64,000 nucleotides of DNA from Trueperaceae bacterium (GTDB lineage: Bacteria > Deinococcota > Deinococci > Deinococcales > Trueperaceae), in assembly GCA_965215565.1 (NCBI GenBank), contig CBDCDZ010000004.1, positions 1,184,001 through 1,248,000 on the forward strand. The letters run 5' to 3'. The notes beneath the pieces were generated by a model. It did not search any database, was not told where the DNA came from, and saw only the letters and a program-made list of their open reading frames with translations. A program made the position numbers and the translations under genes. Below are positions 19,132-28,102 of this stretch, in pieces. Position 1 is the stretch's first letter, and the number at the start of each line of letters is the position of its first letter.

Positions 19132-21660
19132 ATGCAACCACGTACTATTACGCTATCTCTTTTGCTCCTCTTCCTTACAGCTTGTAATCAGCTCGAGGAC
19201 GCGAGCACAACCTCACCGGGCAGCGGCGGCAGCGACACGCTCGCCCCAACAGGCACGTTCGGCGTTAGCGAAAGCTACGGCGGACCCTATCAGAACGACG
19301 CGGCGGGTTCTATCGAAGACAGCGCTGACGCCCGTATCATCAACGTCGCACCGGGGGGCAAGTTCTTCGTACAGGTGAATTACGAAGACACCAGCGGCGT
19401 CACTGATATCGAGGTGAACCTAGTCAACAGCAGCCCCGAAGGTCTCGCGGGCACCTTGGACCCGAGCCGGAGCTTCTTCACCTTAGGAGAGCCGACGGGC
19501 GTCAGTGAGCCCAACGGCTGTGACCTCTCGGGCAGCCCTAAAGAGGTCTCGTGTATCTATGAGGTGCGCGTGGCTGAGGACGCGGTGAATATCGGTGCGT
19601 TAGAGAGCGCAGAAGGCGAGTTCGCCTACGTCTTTCGCACGAAGGTGACGGACGCGGCGGGGAACACCTCGGAGGAGGCAGAGAGGGGTTACGTCGTCGT
19701 GACGGGTGAAGAACCTGGCGATAAGGGCGATGAGGTGGTAGACGTTCCTGACCCGGTGCTCGAGCGCGTTATCCGCGAAGAGGTCAACAAATCTGACGGC
19801 GCTTTGACAGAGCAAGATTTGGCGAAGGTTAAAGAGCTTTTCAATGACGCGCCCTTCGACAGTGGGGTTCGGAGCCTAGAGGGTCTGCAATTCGCGGTGA
19901 ACTTAGAAAACCTAGGGCTCCCTTTCAACTCCGTGAGTGACCTTTCGCCGCTAGAGGACTTGGCGCAACTCGTAGACCTCAACTTCATTGCAAATCCGAT
20001 TACCGACCTCTCACCACTCGTGAGAAACGAGGATTTCGCCGAAGGTGATTTTCTCGATGTCACCGAAATCCGTATGCTCGACACGTGCCCTGGTAGTGGA
20101 GCACGTGAGGATATCGAAACGCTAACCGAGCGCGGCGCGAATGTTGATTTCGACGAACCCACAAACTGCAAGGTGGATGGAGGCAGCGGCGACGGCACCA
20201 TCACCGTCACCTCTGCCTCGGGCGCAGCCTCTTTAGAAGGCGAATGTACCCTGCGAGCAGCAATTACTGCGGCGAATATGGACACCGCTGTGGGTGGCTG
20301 CCCAGCAGGAAAGGGCGCGGATACTATTGTTTTAACCCGTGGCGCAACCTACACCCTAAGCGAAGTAGATAACATGGTGGCTGCGTCTAGCGGACTACCC
20401 GCTGTCACCAGTGAGATAACGGTTGAAGGCAACGGCGTAACAGTTGAGCGTAGCGCCGCAAACGCGACACCCGATTTTCGACCCCTTTACATTGCTGGAA
20501 CGGGTATGCTCACGCTCAAAGATGTAATCATACAAGGTGGCTACCTGTTGGATAACGGGCCGATTGACGGTGACTATACTGCGTATAGCGGCGGCGGTAT
20601 TTACAACGAGGGTAGGTTGACGCTCGAGGAGGTCACTGTCCAAGGTAATGTAGGCGTTGGTGGTGGCGGACTCAGTAACGCGGGCACAGCCCTTGTGAGT
20701 AATTCTCGTATTGAGAACAACACAACTCAGCTCGACTCTCCAAACAATGAGGGCGGTGGGGTCCGTAACACAGGTGAGCTAGAGCTGCGAAACAGTATTG
20801 TTAGCGGCAACACTTCAGTTGTAGGGGCTGGCATTGGCAATTTCGGCTCCATGAAGATTATCAGGAGCGCTATTGATAACAACGACGGAGAGAACACGGG
20901 CGGCCTCTACAACACTGGAACGGTGAACTTGGAGCAGAGTTCCATTTCAGACAATCTTACCGACAGCTCGAGAGGGGCGCTGTTCAACGCTAAAGCAGGC
21001 ATCATCACCGCTACGGACACGGTCATCTCGGGGAATAACGATGACGGCAACACACTCGACAATCAAGGTGACATCCGCTTTGACCGAGTGACCTACACGG
21101 GTAACGGCAGAGAAATTCTAAACAGCGGCACAATGACCATCACTCGCAGCATTCTGAGTAACAACGCTGACGGCATAGACAACTTCGGCGCGATGGAGAT
21201 AACGAACAGCACAGTGAGCGGCTTTCTCCTCGGTATTCTTAACCGCGACCGCGAGAATGCCACCCTCACGGTTGCTTACAGCACCATTGCCCGGAGCGGG
21301 ACGCTTCAAAATAACGGCGACGCTGACGCATTCACCTTGGTGGGCAGTATCATCGCTTATGCTGAAAGTGACGGCGAACCCGTGCCCAACTGCTCGGGAC
21401 CTGTCTCTTCTCAGGGCTACAACCTGAGCAGCGACGCCTCCTGTGATTTAAGCCAGGAGACCGACCTTTTGGACACGGACCCGCGACTCGGCGCGTTGCA
21501 AGGTAGCGGTGGACCAACACGAACCCTTGCTCCACAAGAAAGCAGTCCTGCCATTGACGCCATCCCTACCGACACCTGTGAAGTTGAGACTGACCAGCGC
21601 GGCGTAGCGCGTCCACAGGGCGAAGCGTGCGACATCGGCGCGTTTGAGTTAGAGCAGTAG
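19132..21660 (+). CDS. Large surface lipoprotein: N-terminal domain, short LRR, CSLREA/beta-helix and choice-of-anchor-Q-like C-terminus
   Basis: Lipobox LTAC; CTLRAAI; GGGIYN repeats; SPAIDA...DQRG...CDIGAFE. Confidence 0.85.
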   Translation: MQPRTITLSLLLLFLTACNQLEDASTTSPGSGGSDTLAPTGTFGVSESYGGPYQNDAAGSIEDSADARIINVAPGGKFFVQVNYEDTSGVTDIEVNLVNSSPEGLAGTLDPSRSFFTLGEPTGVSEPNGCDLSGSPKEVSCIYEVRVAEDAVNIGALESAEGEFAYVFRTKVTDAAGNTSEEAERGYVVVTGEEPGDKGDEVVDVPDPVLERVIREEVNKSDGALTEQDLAKVKELFNDAPFDSGVRSLEGLQFAVNLENLGLPFNSVSDLSPLEDLAQLVDLNFIANPITDLSPLVRNEDFAEGDFLDVTEIRMLDTCPGSGAREDIETLTERGANVDFDEPTNCKVDGGSGDGTITVTSASGAASLEGECTLRAAITAANMDTAVGGCPAGKGADTIVLTRGATYTLSEVDNMVAASSGLPAVTSEITVEGNGVTVERSAANATPDFRPLYIAGTGMLTLKDVIIQGGYLLDNGPIDGDYTAYSGGGIYNEGRLTLEEVTVQGNVGVGGGGLSNAGTALVSNSRIENNTTQLDSPNNEGGGVRNTGELELRNSIVSGNTSVVGAGIGNFGSMKIIRSAIDNNDGENTGGLYNTGTVNLEQSSISDNLTDSSRGALFNAKAGIITATDTVISGNNDDGNTLDNQGDIRFDRVTYTGNGREILNSGTMTITRSILSNNADGIDNFGAMEITNSTVSGFLLGILNRDRENATLTVAYSTIARSGTLQNNGDADAFTLVGSIIAYAESDGEPVPNCSGPVSSQGYNLSSDASCDLSQETDLLDTDPRLGALQGSGGPTRTLAPQESSPAIDAIPTDTCEVETDQRGVARPQGEACDIGAFELEQ

Positions 21661-21689
21661 ACCAGCAACCCAAACGAAGTTGAGTGACG

Positions 21690-21716
21690 AGAGCTGCCTA
21701 TTAAGGCAGCTCTTTT
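21690..21716 (+). terminator. Intrinsic terminator
   Basis: agagctgcc-tattaa-ggcagctct followed by T run. Confidence 0.75.
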
Positions 21717-21814
21717 CTCGTGCTATGCAGATTGAAAAAGATTCAAGAGGTGCAGTGAAGATTTCATCACAGCAGAAACGCTAGGAGGAGTGATAAGGTA
21801 GCGAAGTTGAAATT

Positions 21815-22468
21815 ATGTCTATTCCTATGATCATCAAACGCCTCATCGACATCGTAGGAGCCGCCTCGGTGCTGCTCGTTCTCTCTCCGCTTCTCCTCGC
21901 GACGATGCTTTGTATTGTGCTCGAGGACGGCTTTCCCATCTTCTTCACGCAAAAGCGGGCGGGGCAAAAAGAGCGGGAGTTCGACATCTTGAAGTTCCGC
22001 AGCATGAGGGTCAACACCGAAGCCGCTGAGACGATGGGCACGGTGACGGGCTCACACCCGCTCGTCACGCGCACGGGCCGCTTCATCCGCCGCTTCAAAA
22101 TTGACGAGTTGCCGCAGATCATCAACGTCCTTAAAGGCGACCTCAGCCTGGTAGGTCCGCGCCCGACGCTGCTCGCACAGGTGAAAGAATATAGCGACTT
22201 CGAACGCCGCCGCCTGGAGATGAAACCGGGTATGACGGGCTGGGCGCAGGTGAACGGCAACATCAACCTGTCCTGGGAAGAGCGCATCGCCTTGGACGTA
22301 TGGTACGTCGAGAATTGGTCACTTATTTTGGATTTCAAGATTTTACTGCGAACGGTGGGTGTGGTTCTCTTCGGCGAGACGCCTAACCCCCACGCTTTAG
22401 AGGAGGCTCACGCCCATGCAAGCCACTATGCAAACCACCCTAAAAACCGTGCTCATCGGCGCGGTTGA
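21815..22468 (+). CDS. Bacterial sugar transferase (priming phosphoglycosyltransferase)
   Basis: KRLIDI, KFRSM, DELPQ, VGPRP and KPGMTGWAQVNG motifs. Confidence 0.92.
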   Translation: MSIPMIIKRLIDIVGAASVLLVLSPLLLATMLCIVLEDGFPIFFTQKRAGQKEREFDILKFRSMRVNTEAAETMGTVTGSHPLVTRTGRFIRRFKIDELPQIINVLKGDLSLVGPRPTLLAQVKEYSDFERRRLEMKPGMTGWAQVNGNINLSWEERIALDVWYVENWSLILDFKILLRTVGVVLFGETPNPHALEEAHAHASHYANHPKNRAHRRG

Positions 22469-23414
22469 GAGCACTGAAACCGCCCTGAAATGTCTGGCGG
22501 AGCGCGGCACCCCGCCCGCCGCCCTCGTCACGCTCCCGTTAGGGAAAGCCTTTCGCCACTCCGACTTCGTGGACTTGCGCCCCTTGGCGCAGCAGCACGG
22601 CGTGGAGGTCATCGAGGCGGCGAACGTCAACAAGCCGGATATCTTGGAGCAACTCCGCGAGATCGCCCCGGACTACATCCTCGTCATCGGCTGGTCGCAA
22701 ATTCTCAAAGAGGAACTCTTCGCTGCTGCCAAGGAAGATTTGATCGGCTATCACCCCGCCGTTATCCCCGAAAATAGGGGGCGCGCGGTGATTCCCTGGA
22801 CGATCTTGCAGCGTAAGCGCACGGCGGGCGCGACGCTCTTCTGGCTCGATCAGGGGATGGACACAGGTGACATTTTGGTGCAAGATTCTTTTCCTATTGA
22901 CGAGGACGAGACTGCTTACACGCTCTACTATAAGCAGCTCGAGCTGTTAGAGAGAATGCTCCACGACGCCCTATGCCACATCGAAGCGGGCGATCCGCCG
23001 CGCATCAAACAAGATCACAGTCAAGCTACCTATTGCGCCAAGCGCACTAAAAATGACGGGCTCATCGACTGGAGTAAGAGCGCCGAAGAGGTCTGGACGC
23101 TCATTCGCGCCGTGACCCGCCCCTATCCAGGCGCGTTTACCTTTGACGGCGACAGACGGTTGACGATTTGGAACGCCGAACTTGTCGGCGAAGCGCCGTA
23201 CTGGGGCAAGCCCGGACAGGTGCAAGCCTTTACGGACGAGGGCGCGCTGATTCAGTGCGGCGACGGCGAGCATATTTTGGTAACGGAGATGCAAGAGGGA
23301 GATGACGCGCTTAAGCATCCGAGCGATATATTTAAGATGCACACGACGTTAGGGATTGACGTGCTCAAACTCTATACCCAACTTCAAAAGTTACAAGAGG
23401 TCAAAAGTGAGTAA
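22416..23414 (+). CDS. Formyltransferase (Fmt/ArnA-like), probably a sugar N-formyltransferase
   Basis: HPAVIPENRG, DTGDIL and RAVTRPYPGAFT motifs; glycan operon context. Confidence 0.85.
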   Translation: MQATMQTTLKTVLIGAVESTETALKCLAERGTPPAALVTLPLGKAFRHSDFVDLRPLAQQHGVEVIEAANVNKPDILEQLREIAPDYILVIGWSQILKEELFAAAKEDLIGYHPAVIPENRGRAVIPWTILQRKRTAGATLFWLDQGMDTGDILVQDSFPIDEDETAYTLYYKQLELLERMLHDALCHIEAGDPPRIKQDHSQATYCAKRTKNDGLIDWSKSAEEVWTLIRAVTRPYPGAFTFDGDRRLTIWNAELVGEAPYWGKPGQVQAFTDEGALIQCGDGEHILVTEMQEGDDALKHPSDIFKMHTTLGIDVLKLYTQLQKLQEVKSE

Positions 23415-24081
23415 CACCGCCCTTATCCTAGCGCCCCACCCCGACGATGAGGTCTTAGGCTGCGGCGGCACGATGGCGAAGTTGGCGCAAGAGGGCTGGA
23501 ACGTCGTCGTCCTCATTCCGACAAGGGGTGCCAAACAGCTTTACAGCGACGAGCAAGTCGCGACGGTGCGCCGCGAAGCGAAAGAGGTACACGACTTTCT
23601 GGGCGTCGCCGACACGCTCTTTCTGGACGACTTTCCAGCGGCTTACCTCGACACCGTGCCCCAAGCTGAGGTCAACATCGCGCTCTCTAAAATCGTACAA
23701 GAGGTGAAGCCAGACGCGCTCTACTTGCCCTTTCTAGGTGATATTCACGACGATCACCAGCGCTTTTTCCACGCGGGGATGGTGGCCTCGAGACCCAACG
23801 GCAACTACGCACCGGGGCGCATCTACGCCTACGAAACGCTGTCTGAAACGAACTGGAACGCGCCACTGCTCACGCCCAGCTTCGTTCCCAACTCGTTTTA
23901 TGACATTTCTGAGACGCTCGAGACCAAACTCCAAGCCATGGAGATGTACGGCAGTCAAATCCGCCCCTTTCCCAATGAAAGGTCATTAGAATCTCTACGC
24001 GCCTTGGCCATGCTGCGCGGCTCGACGGTAGGTTTTCACGCAGCGGAGGCGTTTGTGATGGTGAGAGAGACAAGAAGTTAG
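23407..24081 (+). CDS. PIG-L/LmbE family de-N-acetylase
   Basis: APHPDDE and DIHDDH motifs. Confidence 0.9.
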   Translation: MSNTALILAPHPDDEVLGCGGTMAKLAQEGWNVVVLIPTRGAKQLYSDEQVATVRREAKEVHDFLGVADTLFLDDFPAAYLDTVPQAEVNIALSKIVQEVKPDALYLPFLGDIHDDHQRFFHAGMVASRPNGNYAPGRIYAYETLSETNWNAPLLTPSFVPNSFYDISETLETKLQAMEMYGSQIRPFPNERSLESLRALAMLRGSTVGFHAAEAFVMVRETRS

Positions 24082-24110
24082 CAGTGAGAGGGAGTAAGTT
24101 ACTAAAAGAT

Positions 24111-24170
24111 AGCAATGAGCAATGAGTAGCGAGCAATGAGTGAAAATCTTGAGGCTCATTGCTCATTGCT
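24111..24170. repeat. Short AGCAATG tandem/inverted heptamer array
   Basis: agcaatgagcaatgag...agcaatgag...ctcattgctcattgct. Confidence 0.55.
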
Positions 24171-24373
24171 TCTTGCAGACACCCCTTCACCAATCCCTTA
24201 GACTTCTGAAATTTGCCGAACCAGATCATATAGGTATTATTCTTAAACGCGCGTGCTGGACGACATTTTTCTACATAAAGAGTCTATGACTAAATGATAC
24301 CTGCTGTATTTTGGAGTATCTCGCAAAGATATACACCACCGACAAAAAATGTGATGTTTTCTATACTTGAGAT

Positions 24374-26167
24374 ATGGCAGCGACTACAATAGGACAGCTC
24401 GAGCCGCCCACACCGCAACCTAAATCGGGACCTCTTACAGACAGCCGCCGCGCCACAATCGGCGCTGAGCGCGTCTACGAGGCGTTTCGGACCTATAGAG
24501 ACAAATTCGAAAGCGTTACCGCGCGCGCTCAGTACCGCTTCGAGCGGCGCGACTGGCAGGGCTGGCGCACCGACTCGGCGCACCGGCTTTCGCTGCGCAA
24601 GGAGGCGGTGGCAAAAATCGTCGCGGAGATTCAGGACCTCTTAGGCGAAAGGCTGCACGACAAAATGCTCTGGACGGGGCTCAAGGCGGTGTTCTCGAGC
24701 CGCATCGCCGAGTCCCCCGACTGGGAACTCGCCGAGACCTTTTTCAACTCGCTGACAAGGCGCATTTTTACAACCGTAGGCGTGGACGAGCAAATAGAAT
24801 TCGTCCGCACCGACTTCTCTGAACCGCCGACGCCCGCCACTATCCAGGCGTTTCGGCGCTACTCTTGCGCCGATTTGGGACCGAACTGCGTGGCGACGGC
24901 GGTCACACATATCTTACGCGACGTGCCTATAGAAGCGACGTGCCAAGACATCGTGCGCGACGCGGAGCGGGTCGCGGCGAGGTTGCAAGAGATAGCGGGG
25001 GACATCCTACATCTAGACATCGCCGCCGAAGTTTTTTATAGAGGCAAAGCTGCTTACTTGGTAGGGCGCGCCGTTACCGAGAGCGGGCGCGTGCCGGTTG
25101 CGCTCGCGCTGCTCCACGAACCGGACGGACTTCTCATCGACGCGCTCATCTCCGGCGAAGACTGCGTCGGCGTGCTTTTCAGCTACACGCACTCGTACTT
25201 TCACGTGGCGGCGTCGCGACCTTTTGACCTCGTGAGCTTCTTGCGCGAACTCGTCCCTCACAAGAAGCTGAGCGAACTCTACATCGCGCTCGGCTACCAC
25301 AAGCACGGCAAGACGGAGATGTACCGTGAGCTTTTGGCGCATTTGGAGGAAAGTAGTTTCACCGACGATCACGCCTTTAAGCCCGCCCCCGGCGTTCCCG
25401 GCATGGTCATGACGGTCTTCACCGCGCAGGACTACGACCTCGTCTTCAAGCTCATCAAAGACCGCTTCGATCCGCCCAAAGACACCAGCCGCGAGCGCAT
25501 CAAGGGGCGCTACGACCTCGTCTTCCATCACGACAGGGCGGGGCGGCTCATCGACGCGCAGGAGTTCGAGCACCTCGCTTTCGACAGACGCCACTTCAGC
25601 CCGGAGCTTTTAGAAACGCTCACCGAGCTTGCCTCGAAGACGCTAAAGGTCTCGGGCAACGCGGTCATCACCGAGCACCTCTATATGGAGCGGCGGGTCA
25701 CCCCTCTTAACCTCTACTTGGGCGGAGCGTCGCAAGAGGCGGCGGAGGCGGCAGTCGTCGAATACGGGCAAGCCATCAAAGACCTCGCGTACAGCAACAT
25801 CTTCCCCGGCGACATGCTCGTCAAAAACTTCGGCGTGACGCGCTTAGGGCGCGTGGTGTTCTACGATTACGACGAACTTTGCCTCTTAGAAACCTGCAAC
25901 TTTCGCCGTGTCCCCGAAGCGAAAACGCACGAGCAGGAGATGGCGTCCGAGCCCTGGTACTACGTCGGACCCGATGACGTGTTTCCCGAGCAGCTTCTGC
26001 CCTTTTTAGGAATTCCCAAGCCGCTCCGCCCCGCCTTTACGAGCGCGCATGGGGATTTGCTCGAGCCCAAATTCTGGAGCGGGATACAAGAGCGGCTAGC
26101 CGAGGGAGAGTTTATCGGCATTCTGCCGTATGGAGAGAGAAGCCGTTTAGCAACAGGTCAACCGTAA
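24374..26167 (+). CDS. aceK: Isocitrate dehydrogenase kinase/phosphatase
   Basis: ELAETFFNS, KHGKTE.YR, APG..GMVM.VF, HDRAGR and NIFPGDMLVKNFG.TR.GRVVFYDYDE motifs. Confidence 0.93.
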   Translation: MAATTIGQLEPPTPQPKSGPLTDSRRATIGAERVYEAFRTYRDKFESVTARAQYRFERRDWQGWRTDSAHRLSLRKEAVAKIVAEIQDLLGERLHDKMLWTGLKAVFSSRIAESPDWELAETFFNSLTRRIFTTVGVDEQIEFVRTDFSEPPTPATIQAFRRYSCADLGPNCVATAVTHILRDVPIEATCQDIVRDAERVAARLQEIAGDILHLDIAAEVFYRGKAAYLVGRAVTESGRVPVALALLHEPDGLLIDALISGEDCVGVLFSYTHSYFHVAASRPFDLVSFLRELVPHKKLSELYIALGYHKHGKTEMYRELLAHLEESSFTDDHAFKPAPGVPGMVMTVFTAQDYDLVFKLIKDRFDPPKDTSRERIKGRYDLVFHHDRAGRLIDAQEFEHLAFDRRHFSPELLETLTELASKTLKVSGNAVITEHLYMERRVTPLNLYLGGASQEAAEAAVVEYGQAIKDLAYSNIFPGDMLVKNFGVTRLGRVVFYDYDELCLLETCNFRRVPEAKTHEQEMASEPWYYVGPDDVFPEQLLPFLGIPKPLRPAFTSAHGDLLEPKFWSGIQERLAEGEFIGILPYGERSRLATGQP

Positions 26168-26212
26168 AGATTGCATCTCGGATGAACTCGAGCGGGGCGA
26201 ACAGAATTCGCA

Positions 26213-26557
26213 CTAAAGCTGTTTTACATCCTTCGCCAACTTCTGCGCTACCAGCGCGTTCAAGCTGATACCCGCTTGCGCCGCTTCGAGGGCTAAAGCG
26301 CGGTGAATACGCTTGTCAATTCGCACATTGAATTGACCGCTATAATTCTTCTTAGCAGGCGCTACGGGGATAGGCTCTCCTGCCTCTTTGTAGCTTTCTT
26401 TGACCAGTGCCCAAGCTGTTCTCAGCTCCTCTACAGCCTCGTTCGGTGCGTCGGCAAAAGCTGAGACGTGCGGCAGCTCAACGAAGTGCGCGAGCCACTC
26501 CCCGTCCTCGTCGAGGAACACATTGACCGTAAATCCGTCAAACTCTTGTGCTGTCAC
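26213..26557 (-). CDS. hicB: HicB antitoxin
   Basis: YSGQFNVRI...HR.LA..A...GISLN RHH tail; overlaps the hicA stop. Confidence 0.88.
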   Translation of the reverse strand: MTAQEFDGFTVNVFLDEDGEWLAHFVELPHVSAFADAPNEAVEELRTAWALVKESYKEAGEPIPVAPAKKNYSGQFNVRIDKRIHRALALEAAQAGISLNALVAQKLAKDVKQL

Positions 26558-26793
26558 GCGCTCTCCTCCTCATAAATCGTGAGAAACTGTCCAACTTGAT
26601 ACCCTTTAGCTTTGCCGCTCTTCCCTTCCTGTATTGGTAAACGTGCGCCCCTAGTAGAAATCCATATCCGGTGACTCCCGCGTTGCCTGTCGAGCGTCCA
26701 GTTACAGCGCTGTAACAACGTCTCGAATTCGCTAAACCGCAACCCTCCAGGGTTACGCCTAGCCTTCTCTAACAGCTTATCCGTTCGTGTCAT
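26554..26793 (-). CDS. hicA: HicA toxin (mRNA interferase)
   Basis: LRFSEF..LL, RGSH and K.YQV motifs; leaderless TATAGT box. Confidence 0.85.
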   Translation of the reverse strand: MTRTDKLLEKARRNPGGLRFSEFETLLQRCNWTLDRQRGSHRIWISTRGARLPIQEGKSGKAKGYQVGQFLTIYEEESA

Positions 26794-26876
26794 ACTGTGA
26801 CTATATCTGGTTACACATGTGTAACCCTGAAAGCGTTGATGTTACCTCAGATGAGATTACTTTAAGGGAGAAGCTC

Positions 26877-27815
26877 TTGAAAGTTTTTATCAGTTGGTCT
26901 GGTTCACCTAGCAAAGAGGTTGCTGAGCTTTTAAGCGAGAACCTTCCTTCAATTATCAATGTGATTGAGCCGTTCATGTCTCAGCGTGATATAGGGTCAG
27001 GTGAACAGTGGAGCCGGAGAATTTCGGCAGAACTCGATGAAACAAGTTTTGGTATCTTTTGTCTGACGCGCGATAATATTGACGCACCTTGGCTTCATTT
27101 TGAAGCTGGTGCAGTTTCAAAGCTAGGTGGTAGGGTAGCAGGTCTCCTTATTGGCGACCTCTCCCCAACTGACATCAACAATCCTTTGACTCAGTTTCAG
27201 CATCGGTATTTTAATGAGAGGGATTTTGAGAAGTTGATTTTAGACATCAACCAAACAACCGATTTCAAGGACGAGATTATCCGCAAGAGTTTACGTGCTC
27301 AATGGGGAGAAGTAGAGCAGCAGTACAAAGATATTTTGAAGACAAAGTACACTAATTCACCTGTGAAGCGAAGGTCGGTGGACGATTTTATGAAAGAGGT
27401 ATTGCTGAGAATAAGAAATGTAGAGAAAGAGGTCTCAAGTATTAGTAAACCTGTTAGCAAACTGGCTAGTAAACCATCTAACGTACACACCCGTATAAAA
27501 AAGTCTTGGTTTGATAGCCATCCCACTTTCGATCCCGAAAAGACCACATATGGTTTCACAGTTTACTACTCGAATCTTTCTTCTACCGACGCAGAAGCAT
27601 TTGCCAAGGTAGCTACTAAAACGTTCAGGGATATGTCTGTGCAAATTTTTGCTCATTCCATCAACCATTACCAAGCTGGTCGCTCTTTCCATGTCACCTG
27701 TCAGGTAGATAACGGTAGTGGTAAGAGCGTTGCCTCCATTGAGCAGTTATTGAGAAATGCTCTTGAGAACGCAGCTCTACAGTACTTTGATGAGTCTGGC
27801 TACTACGTAGATTAG
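26877..27815 (+). CDS. TIR domain protein with unknown C-terminal region (AT-rich)
   Basis: KVFISWSG...DIGSGEQW...WLHFEAGA; probable TTG start after GGGAG (ORF open from 26787). Confidence 0.8.
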   Translation: MKVFISWSGSPSKEVAELLSENLPSIINVIEPFMSQRDIGSGEQWSRRISAELDETSFGIFCLTRDNIDAPWLHFEAGAVSKLGGRVAGLLIGDLSPTDINNPLTQFQHRYFNERDFEKLILDINQTTDFKDEIIRKSLRAQWGEVEQQYKDILKTKYTNSPVKRRSVDDFMKEVLLRIRNVEKEVSSISKPVSKLASKPSNVHTRIKKSWFDSHPTFDPEKTTYGFTVYYSNLSSTDAEAFAKVATKTFRDMSVQIFAHSINHYQAGRSFHVTCQVDNGSGKSVASIEQLLRNALENAALQYFDESGYYVD

Positions 27816-28102
27816 TCGCCAAGTAACGGCTCAACTCTTGTAAGCGTCAATCCCTACCTCTTCGGTTTATGAGGTTTCACGACTTCATCATTTGTTTGCT
27901 GTGGCAAAGTGCTTAGATAAGTGGGTGCGCAAAGAACATATCAAAACTCAAAGATAGCCCGCACGTTCAGCGTCCAACCAGGTACGACCTCATCGCCCTC
28001 TAAAATGTCATCACGCTGTCAACACTACTACATCTACTCGAGACATACGAACCAGCACCTCTTTCATCTTCAAATTGACCACGGTGACGGTGCGGCAGCC
28101 TA

